Below are positions 13,606-27,635 of a stretch of 64,000 bases of DNA, one piece after another. Source of the stretch: Octopus vulgaris (Eukaryota). The translations under genes and the position numbers were made by a program. The stretch is taken from assembly GCA_951406725.2 (NCBI GenBank), contig OX597816.1:43710001-43774000 (forward strand), given 5' to 3'. The notes beneath the pieces were generated by a model. It had not been told where the DNA came from and did not search any database. It was given only the letters and a program-made list of their open reading frames with translations. The stretch's first letter is position 1. Every line of letters starts with the position of its first letter.

Positions 13606-14555
13606 ATACGAGTGTTTTATGTGCATGTGTATAAGAAACAAATAAATTTTTATATTCTTGTAATTACTACTTTGTCATATGAAATTATTTATGCGAGTAT
13701 ATAAGTCAAACCGTATATATTGTGAGGCATCCAAAATCGAAAATTTGTGACTGAAATTTGCGGGTTATATTTCACAGAGACAAGATTGCGTCGTGTCCTC
13801 TCTGTAATATTTATTGCAATAGCAATATTTAATTGGATTAGCTCCCCACTCACCACCACCACTAAAATAAAGTCAAAGTAATATAGATAATATTGCAAGT
13901 GTTGAAATTGTCAGGGCCAATATTATCATTATCAACGGACTAATGATAGATAGATAGATTACTACATACATACATATAAACATACATACATATAGTTTAG
14001 ATAGTTAGATACATACATGCATACATACATACACACATGCATGCATGCACACATAGTTAGATAGTTAGATACATACATACATACACGCATACATACATAC
14101 ACACAAATAAATGTTAAAGTGAAGTTGATTCATGCAACTCCGATCCATAAACTCGTTCATATTGGCAGGCTGAAATGTGTGCGTGTGTGTGTGTGGTGGG
14201 GGTGGGACTTGATGCACAATATTAACATATCTTAAAAATGACATTCTGTCCAATTAGCTACTTATTAACCAAGAGTGTTCTACGTCTAGTTAAAAATAAT
14301 TCGGGGTCACTGGTTAAGTATCAGCTATCAAAGGATTAAAAACAACAAATCTTGAATGCTTACATATGAATATGACGAGCTCATATTTACCTTTATTTCT
14401 GAGACACTTCAGTTTTTCTGCAATTCTCAACTTCATCATCTGCGTTAAAATTATGTTAATAAGCAGTGTTTTTGTTTTCAGTTCAATTATTGAATTATCA
14501 AACATTTATCTAATTATGTTAAATAAACAAGTATGATGTTAAACGCGTGTGCATC

Positions 14556-14772
14556 AGAAACGTTAGCGCGCCGGACGAAATGCTTAGCTGTATTTCGTCT
14601 GTCGTTACGTTCTGAGTTCAAATTCCGTCGGGGTCGACTTTGCCTTTCATCCTCTCGGGGTCGATAAATAAAGTACCAGTTTCGCACTGGGTCGATATAA
14701 TCGACTTAATCCCTTTGTCTGTCCTTGTTTGTCCCCTCTATGTTTAGCCCCTTGTGGACAATACAGAAATAT
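14556..14772 (+). mobile_element. Young SINE family A copy
   Basis: Near-consensus AGAAACGTTAGCGCGCCGG...GCCCCTTGTGGACAATACAGAAATA. Confidence 0.9.
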
Positions 14773-16008
14773 ATAAGCAATGTGATGAATATACTGTTAC
14801 CCAAATCGTTAATCCCGCACATTATTTGTCTCTTCGTTTTCTCTCCTTTTTTTTTCTTTCATTCCTTTCTATCGAAGATCGAAGGCGCTAAACATTAAAG
14901 ACTGTTCCATTCTTCCGGACACCTGCTTGTTGTTCCATCACCTGTGTTTTTCTTTTGTTTTCTGCCTATTTGAATTGTATAATATCCTTATCCCCAATAG
15001 AAGAAAGAATTGCGTTTCTGAAACTCCTATAAAATAAAGATTTTTCGATTGATTTGGTGCATGACAAGAAAAGAAACATAGAAAACAGAAACAAATGGAA
15101 TTTGTTCATTTGGTCGGCCACTTAAGATGGCGAATGCGTTAAGCTCTTCTCGTTAAGCCAATGAACACTGGCCACACACTCGTTAATCACAACTGGCTAC
15201 TTTGTGTTAATCACAAATCCAATATTATCAGCGTTATCAATCATATACCAGTTAAACTCTCATGCAATGAGGGCCGTTCAACGTTCAGGTCAGTCGGTTT
15301 CTCTCTGACATTCCATCTTTGATCTACTTTTAGTGCTCCTATTGAAGTGAACGGTAGGAAAGTGATTGATTTGTGTTGGAAAATACAGTCGTGACCAAAA
15401 GTTTGGAAAATTAAAATTGTTGTGCCCTAGAAGAATTCGATTCAAATATATACAGCGTATATATTTGGGCATTTCATGTAAACATTCTAATTTTCATACC
15501 TATGTTCCAAACTGTTTGCCACGACTGTATTATGTAGACCATTTGCTCTTGTTTCTTCGTAGAAAAAAGGGTGAGCAGTGATGACCTCTAATAAAGCTAC
15601 TCAAAAACTGTGAATAATCTTACTAGTAATCATTGATAGAAATTAACTCTAAATAAATCATTGCTGTCTGTTGCACTTGCCTAACAGTGTGCTCTCCACT
15701 CATCAAGTCTGCTTTTCTGGTCATGAACTTATCTTCAGCAATACTGGCTTTGAAAAACATAACGTGTTCTAGTTCTAGAGCTGATTATAAGACTTATCAG
15801 GTATTGAGGTGTTAGAAAGTACTAGTCTTAGAACTTTCAAATATCTCTGTCAGACTTACTAGTAGCTAGTATATCTGACAGTTTATAGTAATAGATGCAT
15901 GTACAACATAGACCTCCCTTAGTCACGATGGCCAGATCATAAGAGCTACTCGGTCATATTTAGAACTATCGAATGTAGATTTTGATTTTTAAAAAATATG
16001 CGGTTACT

Positions 16009-16326
16009 GGCGCATGGCTTCGGGCTCACAATCATGAGGTAGTGAGTTCGATTCTTGAATCGGGCTGTGTGTTGTGTTCTTGAGTAACACACATTATTTC
16101 ATGTTGCTCCTGTTCACTCAGCTGTAGAAATGAGTTAGGACGTCACTGGTGCCAAACTGTATCGACTTTTGCCTTTACCTTGGACAACATCGGTGACGTG
16201 GAGAGGGGAAGCTGGTATGCATGAGCGAATAATAATGATCTTCCATAAACAACCTTGCCCGAACTTGTGCCTCGAAGGGGAACTTTCTAGAAGCAATCCC
16301 ATGGTCATTCATGACCGAAGGGGGTC
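16009..16326 (+). mobile_element. tRNA-derived SINE, family D head/core with a distinct tail
   Basis: GGCGCATGGCTT...GAGTTCGATTC...TGTGTTCTTGAG...TTTCATGTTGCTCC...CACTCAGCTG. Confidence 0.75.
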
Positions 16327-17153
16327 CTAGTTCTATCACTTGGATCGAGCAGAGTTTGGGTTAAAAGCGTTGTTTTTTGTTGATAGATGTTCTCTATAAA
16401 CATAGATCGGCATCGCACACACTGGTTTTACTGTACAAACACATCCATAAACGTATAAGCGTTTCACATTTAATGAAAAGAGCCTTAAACTGCATGATTT
16501 AAACATATAATTGAATGAATTCATAGATCCAAAATCTATCAGTATGTGAATGTATGTGTGTGCGTGTGTGTATCTATGTGTGTGTATATATGTATGAAAA
16601 TAAGCTATAAATCCTTAAGACATATACCACAGTTGAAATGCAGCCGATTTCCTCTGGTCGCTTCAAAGAAACGAGCTGGTGTGTTGCAGATAGTAGTTTG
16701 AACTAAACAAACATAACGTGAACGTTGTTCGGTCGTACTTGATATTGATTCTTTACAGCTAAACGAAAAATATGATCTTACACATTAGATTAGTTAACCT
16801 CAGTCATATAATATCTTATTAACCTCGACAGAACTCAAACCTGTATTCAATAGTGGTGGGTAAGTTATCGCGAAAATCTGTATGCAATAACACCAGAAGA
16901 ATATTTATAGATAGGTATTGCGGCATTCCTGTAATTACAAATGTCATTGCGTCCGTTTCGAAGACATATACAAGATATGTAGGTAATATATATATATAGT
17001 GAAGATCAAGTTGACTGGTACATCGCAAGAAATTTGACTCTATTCTTATCCTGGAATCACACCATCTTTATGTAATGTATGTTGACATTCTTAAACATGA
17101 TTTTAAAATAAGGTTAATCTAGCACATATACGTGAGCATACATATTACATATT

Positions 17154-17189
<36 letters not shown>

Positions 17190-17200
17190 CGTGTGTGGAT

Positions 17201-17238
<38 letters not shown>

Positions 17239-17348
17239 TTAATATTCATATATTTTAGTGTGATTTTGTGTATATTTATGGTTATGTACGCATAAAGAGG
17301 AAAATCTGTAAGTTCCTTCAAGTAAATTTCCCGCCAGTGTAATGTTCC

Positions 17349-17358
17349 CCTCTCTGTT

Positions 17359-17454
<96 letters not shown>
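17349..17454. repeat. (CT)n(CA)n compound microsatellite
   Basis: Direct reading. Confidence 0.95.
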
Positions 17455-17457
<3 letters not shown>

Positions 17458-18536
17458 ATATTATCTTCGAACTCTTCGGTAACTTGATATCATTACTTTA
17501 CTAATTTCATTTTCTTATGTACCGAGTGCGTAATTGCTTTCAGAATTCGACACACTGTCTACAATTATTCACTAGACAAATCATTAATACCATTTCCGCA
17601 CATATTATCATATAAAAATCTATTTGAGAGAAATGCTCTTACACATTTTTTAAACATATACTAATGGATTTTGTGACATTTATTAACCTTTCTATTTCAT
17701 TCTTACATTTTTATCTTCCTTTTAATCTTATCTTTCCTCCGTTATGCTCCTCTTTTACTCGAATAATTTGATGTTGATTTAATCATTAGACAGATACAAT
17801 TGTAGATCAAATGGTAAAACTTCCTTTGTTCGCTGGTAATAATTTGTTTTAAGTTATTTAATTCCATTCAGGAAATGTTTTCACCTCTGGCTGAAGGTTC
17901 CATTTCACTGTTTAAATTAAACTAAGATACGTTTCCCCATTTCCTTAAACCGGATTCAATTTCTAAAATCTCACCAGAGGAACATTGCAAATTTAACTAA
18001 ATAGAAATACATCTGAGGAAGAAACATTGGCTAGTTTACTGTTTATTTACTGTGTTTGTTTTAACCTTATAAATACAATAGAAGTGAAATGAAGAATTCT
18101 GTAAAAAGCAATACGAACTACTCGAGGAAAACGCAATTACATTCAGGATACAAACTCTTTGTCGAACATTCAAGGGTCGATAAATATGTACCCATTCGGT
18201 CATTAATTTTAATTAGGTATGACTTCGTAGACAATGAAAGTTACACCTTTCTACGAATGGACCATAACACCTGAAGGGCGAGGGAGATGGTAATAGTTAA
18301 TAATGCCAATGCCGCATTCTAAAACAGAATATAATACAATACACATGGTTCATTAATTGGAATTATTCCAGCAACAGCGTTGAAGAAAAACGAATATGTA
18401 CACACCATAAAGCGATACAGACTTGTATGTTTACATATACGCATGACATACCTACACACAGATGTGTGTGTATTTATCACGCCTTAGGATAATATATATA
18501 TATCATATATTATAAATTTATTACCTTTTTTGTGTG

Positions 18537-18582
<46 letters not shown>

Positions 18583-19469
18583 GGTAATAAATTTACTAAA
18601 GAAAACCTGTAATATAAGAAGTATTTGTATTTAAATACTGTTTCTGTTTCTCTTACGAAATATCATTTATTAGTATTATTTATTTACCTATGAAATGATA
18701 GTTTGTATTGCAAGTGATTGTATATGACCTGAGTTTATGTATTCACTTCCTGTAAATTGCTTATTGGTTAATATGGTTCAGACAATCCAGGCAACGCAAA
18801 TCTTTGTAACTCAATTCTGTATTATTTCTTACATATATAAAATTAATACAAACAGCAGTTTGCAATGCTTCACCAAATAAAGAGAATTATAATTGTCCCT
18901 AAATGTGACTAGGGTAGTGGGGAAACATTGATATTGCTAGAAATAAGAGCTAAACATCTCTAATGCTGTAGTTAATGCGGATGAATGAAGATATACACAC
19001 TAACAGGTACCATAATCGTCCGAAAAGTGCCGATCGAGAATTCTTTAACGTCAGTATTATACATATATAATCAGAGTTATCACCTCATAACGTGCAAATA
19101 AAAGCTCCGCTGCCATTATTGGCTATCACATGCCACCCTACAGCAGGATATATTCAAACGCTTGATAAACATGTGGAGCTCCGCTATTGCATAGAGTTAA
19201 TATAAGTTTAATATAGCACGAATATGGAAATAGCAGGCTTTAACAGCAAGTGACAACAGTTGTTCCTGTACTGGACATCCGTTTTTAGTTGGTGAATTTA
19301 CATTCATATATCATTATGATATCAGATTATTCTTTAGAATATCTGTGTAATAAATATTATTCAGAGACAGTTGTGTGTTGGTGCTTCCTTAGCTGGAATG
19401 TGATCAAGCGCAGTCAGATTTCTGTGATCTTCCTCAGACATACCTTATATATTATTCTCCCTCTTATCA

Positions 19470-19689
19470 GCTCATCAGATTCCGCTCAGCGCGGTCATGC
19501 TGGAGTACTGCCTAAAAGGGTTTAGTTGAAGAAATCGACCCTAAAGCTCATTCTTTGTAAGCCCAGTTCTTATTCTATCGGTTTCCCTTGCCGGACTGCT
19601 ACGCTACGCGGTTATAAACACACCAGCATCGGTCGTCAAACGTTGGCAGGAGGACAAAAAAAGATACACACACACATGATTACATACAT

Positions 19690-19750
<61 letters not shown>

Positions 19751-19915
19751 CGACGGGTCTCTTTCAGTTTCCGTTTATCAAACTTACCCACAAGGCTTTG
19801 GTCGGTCCGAGAGCATAGTAGAAGACATTTGTCCAGGGTGTCACGCAGTGGGATTGAACCCGAAACGATGTGTTTGGGAAGCAAACCTCTCACAACACAG
19901 CCACACCTGTGCCTA
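19470..19915 (-). mobile_element. SINE family B
   Basis: Diverged full-length match to family B. Confidence 0.85.
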
Positions 19916-20364
19916 TATATATATATGTGTGTGTGTGTGTGTATAAAATGGTAATTATTAATGTCAAATGCAATCATTATAACGGTTTTCTTAGGGAAAT
20001 CCATAACCTTGTAGAATAATTATTCGGCAGTAGTGCTTGACTAATGCTTTATTATAAAACTAGAAGGATAAATGAGCAAAATTTATCATAGCAGGCTTTG
20101 GAAGAAAAACGAAATATCATTAACTAAATATAACCTTTATCATGCCTAACAATGTAATGCATCTGATTCCAAAAATATTAGTTACATTTATCATGTTAAC
20201 GTTATGTTGAATTTAAAATGAATTGCTTAAGCGAACTAATTCAAATTAATGAGAACAGATTCAAATTGTTAAAAATTAAGAAGGAAAGGAAATCATGTAA
20301 ACAGTTAAATCATAGACGATGTAAGATGGAGAATGCAGAAAGAATGAGGTATATGTCTTTTGTG

Positions 20365-20645
20365 TTATCATCATCATCGTTTAACGTCCGCTTTCCCTGC
20401 TAGCATGGATTTGACGATTTGACTGAGGACTGATGAACCAGATAGCTGCACCAGGCTCCAATCTTGATTTGGCAGAGTTTCTATAGCTGGATGCCCTTCC
20501 TAACGCCAACCACTCCGAGACTATAGTGTGTGATTTTACGTGCCACCAGCACGAGGGCCAGTCAGGCGGTACTGGCAACGGTCACGAAAAATCGTGTTTT
20601 ATTATTTTTACGTGTCACCTGCACACCGGCACAAGTGCCAGAAAA
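20365..20645 (-). mobile_element. 3' UTR/tail of an RTE-type LINE
   Basis: (TCA)n tail followed by GTTTAACGTCC...GGATGCCCTTCCTAACGCCAAC; CCAGTCAGGCGGTACTGGCAACG matches the 66-bp repeats of the RTE at 56946-57792. Confidence 0.7.
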
Positions 20646-21059
20646 TGGATGGATATTCATACTAGCTATCTTTTTGTATATATCCCAATCATAAACATAC
20701 GAGCTATTGCATGTACAGTAACATGAGACAACATTTGGCAACGTTATCCCCACTAACACTATCTACAACAGCAAAAACGAGAAAATGATATCAACAGCAA
20801 AATAGCTCGACCTACCAGCTATAAAGACCACACATCCATCAAATCATACCGTACTATGTTAAAAATGGAAAGAAACATTAAATAAAATAATCGGAATTAT
20901 CACTAAAACGGTACAGATTTCAAAGCTAGAATATTGGTTGTACGTGGTTTGATGTATATATGGTTGTTGTTTCTAGCAGATCAAATGACCAATAAATGGT
21001 CAATAAATGTGTGTTGCTAAACTGAGGTCGGCTGTGCAATGAATAAACTTTGTAGACGG

Positions 21060-21545
21060 TAATATTGGTTTCGAATTTTGGCATGAAGCTAGACATTTTA
21101 GGGAACTGGGCAGTCAATTACCATCGACAGCAGTGCTCAACTGGTCCTTATTTTATCGATCCCATTTGATGAAAGTCAAAGTCGACATCGGCAGCATTTG
21201 AAATCAGAGCGTGAAGACGGACGAAATGCCTCTATGCATTTTGTCGGGCGTACTAACAATTTTGTGGAGGTGCGTGGCTTAGTGGTTAGGGTGTCGGCAT
21301 CATGATCGTAAGATTGTGGTTTCGATTCCTGGACCGGGTGACTCATTGTGTTCTTGAGCAAAACACTTCATTTCACGCTGCTCCAGTCCACTCAACTGGC
21401 AAAAATGAGTAACGCCCGCGATGGACTGGCGTCCCGTTCAGCTGGGGAACATATACGCCATGGAAACCGGGAAACCGGGTCCATGAGCCTGGCTAGGCTT
21501 TAAAAGGGCGCAAGAGATTTACGATTCTGCCAACTCGCTACCTCA
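21060..21545 (-). mobile_element. SINE family A host interrupted by a family D insertion
   Basis: A sequence stops at TACTAACAATTT and resumes at ACGATTCTGCCAACTCGC. Confidence 0.75.
21264..21520 (+). mobile_element. tRNA-derived SINE family D
   Basis: A box TGGCTTAGTGG, B box GTTTCGATTCC, central TGTGTTCTTGAGCAAAACAC, then GCGATGGACTGGCGTCCCG. Confidence 0.85.
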
Positions 21546-21559
21546 TATGAACTTTATAA

Positions 21560-21750
21560 TTAGTTTCAAACTTTAGATTCAAACACAAGTCCAACGATTA
21601 CGAGGTGAAGACGAGAAGATTACATCGACCCCAATGTTCAATTGGTACTTATTTTATTGAGGCTGAATAGATGAAAGGCAAAGTCGACCTCAGCGGCATT
21701 GGAACTGAGAACTTATAGACTATCGGAATGCTGCTAAGCATTTCGTTAAT
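21560..21750 (-). mobile_element. SINE family A, degenerate
   Basis: GATTACATCGACCCC...GATGAAAGGCAAAGTCGACCTCAGCGG. Confidence 0.75.
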
Positions 21751-22290
21751 AATGTACAACATTGTCCATTATGTCACTCTAGTTTTTCTTGACCTATAAT
21801 TTGCATGAATGATGTTGCTAGATCTTGCAAACCGAGCTTCAACGTAAAAGTAAATTCGCTTGTATTTAAATGCCATAGCTGGGTCTAAATTAGATTATTT
21901 TGAATTATTTTGATGTTAGCCGTAAAAAAAAAAAAAAACTACAGAAATATAATCACAAACAAAATTACTAATACCGCATGTGCATCATACGCTGCATATT
22001 AACCATTAGCTAGGAAATTGCAATATATTATGTTGCATAATATTAATTTTTTCATGGTAGTTGACTTTTAACAGTAACAATTTAAACCGCCATTTAATGA
22101 ACACCTTGCGTTCTATTGTCTCTCCCTTGTCGAGTTAAAATTCATATTTTTCCTTTCATTTTCCCCCAAAAGAAAATATATTAATAATATATTAATTAAC
22201 CGCCTGGTTTTTATTTTCTGAAAAAAAAAGAAAAAAGTTTATTGAAACAAAGAACTATATTCATATTAAATTATTCTCCTTCATTATAGC

Positions 22291-22516
<226 letters not shown>

Positions 22517-24254
22517 GACTCTGTTGTCATATTTGTTGATGTTATTACTCGCAGTATTTATGTTTTCATCTTTGATTTTTCATAAACTAAAGGAGTTTGC
22601 TATTGATTTCTCGTTGCATGTTAAAAGGTTGCACATTTTAATTAGTTCGCTTCCGTTCAGTTCTATAAGGTCGATGTCACCGGACATGCGTATTAACCTT
22701 CATCTGCAAAGGGAAATTAAGCTAATGCAACTTTAATATGTGTCATACTATAATGGGGTGGGGGTGATATTTTTATCCCATTTTTGTAATACCTGTCCCC
22801 TTCTCTGAATCTTAGATCATTAATGTTATCTTGTCGAAATATGAGTTTATCTAACCTGGGGCTATAATGTTACATGTGGGCTTTTTTTTTCTGTGTTATT
22901 ATTACACGTAGAAACATCGTTTTAACTTATTAATAGGGTAAACAGTTAAATCTAGCCGCCAGCAGGGCATTAGCTATGTAGAAGTGTTGCTCTTTAATTA
23001 GATATTTAATGCGAAATTCGTTCTATGTATAGTGAAGCTAGGAATACTAATGGTGAGGTCGAAATTTGGTCTGACATGACAAAAAGAAGAAAAAAAGAAA
23101 GAAAGAAAGAAAATAAAAGAATAAGAAAACTGTCCTTGACGATGGACATTCAATCTCATTCTATTTTCTATCCAAGATTTCAGCTGCAGCAAGCACTAAT
23201 GGGTACTCAACATAAACTACAACATCATGATGTCATTAAAGTGTTTTCTTTCTTTTCAAATCAAATCTTGCTCTCTCTCTACCCCTCTCTCTTCCCCCCC
23301 CCCTCTCTCACTCTACACGTAATGACATTTCAATACAATTGTAAATAACATTTTTTTAAAAAATTAATATAAGAATATTGTATAATGCAAAATGTTTTAA
23401 CAGTGAAATCCTATGACGGCTCTATCAGGTTTTCAATTTATAAACGGTAAATATCAGTATAGATACTGAATGCACTTCGTATTTTAATTGGCAACAATAC
23501 TACCACATCCAGCAACTAAAACAAAATGACAAATTTTTATTTGTCATTTTGACATAATAACGCTTGATACGAATTCAGTGATGCTGGGTTTTATTAAATT
23601 CTAATTTAATAAACGGTAAGAAACTCGATAGCATTACGCTTGTATTGAGATCTAGTGAGCCATGCCTTCATTCAACTAGTCTGAGTAGAAAAAGAACCGA
23701 TTTTTATCGTTCTCTTGTATAATGTCGGTGAATATTCTTTGACTGGAGCATTGCCCGGGCGTTTACCATTTAAAAAAAAAACATGAAATTTGCTAAATTT
23801 GTTGAATAAGAAAGCAATTCAACTGCGATGTTTTTGATTTTTCTGTGTTTTTGATTTTTTAAGCACTTGGGACTGTATGTGCATGTTTGGTGGTTGAATA
23901 AGATTAAAAAAAGAACTCGAAAAATTCAGCTTCAAGCTTTTCATATATATATAATCATGAATGGCTGTAAAGGTAAAATGTGGAAGAAAGCTATCCAAAT
24001 TGCAGAGATAGCCCAAGAAACAGGATATTGCTAAAAGTAAAGGAGTCGATGTCCAGTTACAGTAAGAATAAACCTGTTAATGTTACCACGATACTTAGAA
24101 ATTAAAATATTTCATCCTCGTCGTCTCTTCCGATATTTAGAGTACATTTTTGTAGTTTCGAAGAAATTACAAATGCCGTTAATATTATAAAAGCAGGGTT
24201 TCACTACCCGCGTATTTAAATTTTCCTTGAAATTTTACATCGTTTCTTTTAATT

Positions 24255-24590
24255 TCTGTACAACTGATTTTTTTTTCTCTTACTCGGTTCAAACCATTAA
24301 ATTGCGACCATGCTGGAACATGGGCGATTAAAGACTTTGAAAGTTTTAATCGAACAAGTCCATTCCAATACTTGTTTTTTAAGTGATAAATGCAAAAGCA
24401 CACACGCAAGCAGACACAGACACACAGAACATATTTCCACATAGTTTCGGTCTAACAAATTCCTTCACAGATCATTGGTAGGCTCAGTGGTGTAAGAGAT
24501 GACACTTGCTCGAGCTGCCGTGCATTTAATCTGATCCTGAAACCACGTAGTTACAAAATGAGCATCTTAACAACACAATCATACCGCCAA
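24255..24590 (-). mobile_element. Degenerate SINE family B
   Basis: GACCATGCTGGAAC...AGTTTCGGTCTAACAAATTC...GACACTTGCTC. Confidence 0.65.
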
Positions 24591-24668
24591 CGCTAATAAC
24601 ATTGTCTTTTGCTAATGTTCTCTTTCGGTCTTCTTAATCTTTTCAGAGAAGGAATATCTACGCGATTT

Positions 24669-25052
24669 GTGGAGGCGCAATGGCCCAGTGGTTAGGGCAG
24701 CGGACTCGCGGTCATAGGATCGCGGTTTCGATTCCCAGACCGGGCGTTGTGAGTGTTTATTGAGCGAAAACACCTAAAGCTCCACGAGGCTCCGGCAGGG
24801 GATGGTGGTGATCCCTGCTGTACTCTTTCACCACAACTTTCTCTCACTCTTACTTCCTGTTTCTGTTGTACCTGTATTTCAAAGGGCCGGCCTTGTCACT
24901 CTCTGTGTCATGCTGAATATCCCCGAGAACTACGTTAAGGGTACACGTGTCTGTGGAGTGCTCAGCCACTTACACGTTAATTTCACGAGCAGGCTGTTCC
25001 GTTGATTCGGATCAACCGGAACCCTAGTCGTCGTAACCGACGGAGTGCTTCC
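24669..25052 (+). mobile_element. Young tRNA-derived SINE family C, full length
   Basis: A box TGGCCCAGTGG, B box GTTTCGATTCC; perfect 13-bp TSD ATCTACGCGATTT at 24656-24668 and 25053-25065. Confidence 0.9.
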
Positions 25053-26179
25053 ATCTACGCGATTTACATTTTTATTTTCATGAAGGATTGCTGCTGACAA
25101 AAATTCTAATTCGGATATAAATGAATATTTATTTAAGTCGACTAAAGACTTACTAACATTTTCAGAAATTAAGAAACTAGATGCGAATAAACAAACTAAT
25201 TTTATTCACAGTAAATCATTATTTCTACTGTAAAATTGAAACAAGTTTTGTCCCCATATTTTGCGAAAGAGCTATCATGCCAACGTCGAATATATGCGAC
25301 TACTGAGCTTTTCATTCTTCCTCAACTTCGATAAAAATACACACATAAACGCAAACAAACATACCTTCACACTCACCCATATACACTGAACTTTCTCTCT
25401 TTAAGAAACGTTCACCCTTGCATACATTCCCACACCACTCTTCATTTTACAAAAAAAAAAAGCAATAGTAATTCAAATTTGCTTTCTTTGATCTTAATAT
25501 ATTTGCTACGATTGCGTCTTTCAAGTCTTTAAAGTGTCGGACTCCATGCTATCATAGCGAATATTTTTAAAATCAATTAAAAAATGCCTCTTTAATCCTT
25601 CAATAGCAATATACTGACACTGGCTCTTGATTTCAGGGCAGCACAATATCTAAAAAAATGACTTTAAAGCGATGTTTTTGTTAGAAGTAATCATAAATCT
25701 TGCCCCAATTCATCAGTCCTATCTTAAAATTCATACCCTGAAGTCATGTCATACACTTTGATTTTTCATACTACCGTATCTTTGTCAGCGGCCACATCAC
25801 TTACCCTATCATCAAACCGCTATTTCCACCTCCTTGTTCTCTTTCATCAATCAATCATTTTCTTTACATCGTGATTCACTCCTCCACCCACTTTACTACG
25901 CCATTAACAGTCGATACACTAATTTTAGTAACACTGCTATATCACCGAAATGATATTGACAGAATGCAGTAACAGCAGGACCTAATGTCGATAAAATTAT
26001 TTTGTGATTAGGAATTGAAACTTTTTGTGAGAAATAAGATATTTAGTTTCAAGTGATGCTCTACTCCCCGACTCCACGTGTTGTGCATGTTTCTTGAGTA
26101 CACTGACTTAATAAAATGGTGATGGTCACGGTTTGGATTTTTGTGATTATATCAGATTATATCAGATTTGAACTGAATA

Positions 26180-26975
26180 ATACTTGTGGAAAGAGGCGAG
26201 TCGATTACATCTACCCCACTGCTCATCTAGTACTTATTCGAAAGAACGAAAGGAAAAATCGACGACGACAGAATTTGAACGCAGAACGTAAAGCTAGAAC
26301 AAATACCGTTATGCATTTTGTCTGACGTGCTAACGATTCAGCCAGCTGATCACTTTAGCTAAATACTAAATAGTCATTTCTGTTACAGGCATAAGACCTG
26401 GAATTTCGGGGAAAGGAGATAGTTATTTATATCGACTCCAGAACGTAACTGGTAGTAATTTTACCGATCTTGGAAAATTGAAAGGCAACATCGACCAAGA
26501 CAGAATTTGAATTCGGAACGTAAAATTGAGAATAAATACCTATTTCTTTATTACCCACAAGGGGCTAAACATAGAGGAGACAAACATGGACAGACATAGG
26601 TATTAAGTCGATTATATCGACCCCAGTGCTTAACTGGTACTTAATTTATCGACCCCGAAAGGATGAAAGGCAAAGTCGACCTCGGCGGAATTTGAACTCA
26701 CAACGTAACGGCAGCCGAAATACCGCTAAGCATTTCGCCCGACGTGCTGAGGATTCTGCTAGCTCGCCACCTTTTTTTTTGAGAATAAATACCGCTAAGC
26801 ATTTTGTTTGGCGTGGTAACGATTGTGATAGTTCACCCCCTTAGCTAAACACACGATAATCTGGTACTTATTTTATCGACCCCGAAATTTGAACTCATAA
26901 TGTAAAGTCAGAAGAAATGCCGACGCTAAGCAATTTATTTTGCGTGCTAATTATTCAGCCAGTTCGCTGCCTTAT
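26180..26975 (-). mobile_element. Cluster of SINE family A copies, including a young copy (26541-26778) nested in an older one
   Basis: 15-bp TSD TTGAGAATAAATACC at 26526-26540 and 26779-26793. Confidence 0.9.
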
Positions 26976-27196
26976 TTAAATACTAAAGAATAAAACTTTG
27001 TCTGTAGCAGAATATGATTTCAATGAAATGAATTTGTTGCTGCATAATAACAAATTGATATCTTCTATACCGATAACTCATAATGTTTTCTGTTGAGTTT
27101 TACTAATATTATTATTATTCAATATTTTGCGTGTATACAGTTATGACTAGTGCAATGTTAGCAATAACAGAATGAAAAATATCAGCTAAAAGTATT

Positions 27197-27405
27197 CTAT
27201 AGTCGTAGGAGTGGCTGTGTGGTAAGTAGCTTGCTTACTCTCTGTACGGCCTTTATGGCAAATGTTATGAAATAAAGTAGCTTGCTTACGAATCCGGGTT
27301 CAGTCCCACTGCGTGGAACCTTGGGTAAGTGTCTTCTACTATAGCCTCGGGCCGACCAAGGCCTTGTGAGTGGATTTGGTGGACGGAAACTGAAAGAAGC
27401 TCGTC

Positions 27406-27444
<39 letters not shown>

Positions 27445-27635
27445 CGTGTTTGTGTGTCTGTGTTTGTCCCTCCAACGTCGCTTGACAACCAATGCTGGTG
27501 TGTTTACGTCCCCCGTTACTTAGTGGTTCGGCAAAAAAGAGACCGATAAAATAAGTCCTGGCGTCGAATTGATCGACTAAAGGCGGTGCTCTAACATGGC
27601 CACAGTCACATGACTGAAACAAGTAAAAGAGAGTA
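27197..27635 (+). mobile_element. SINE family B with a 36-bp insertion and an internal deletion
   Basis: Family B head and tail; duplicated AAGTAGCTTGCTTAC. Confidence 0.9.

Noticed and set aside
24669-24745. tRNA gene
   Set aside because: The tRNA-like head continues into a ~300-bp body bounded by a TSD and lacks a proper acceptor stem, so it is a SINE.
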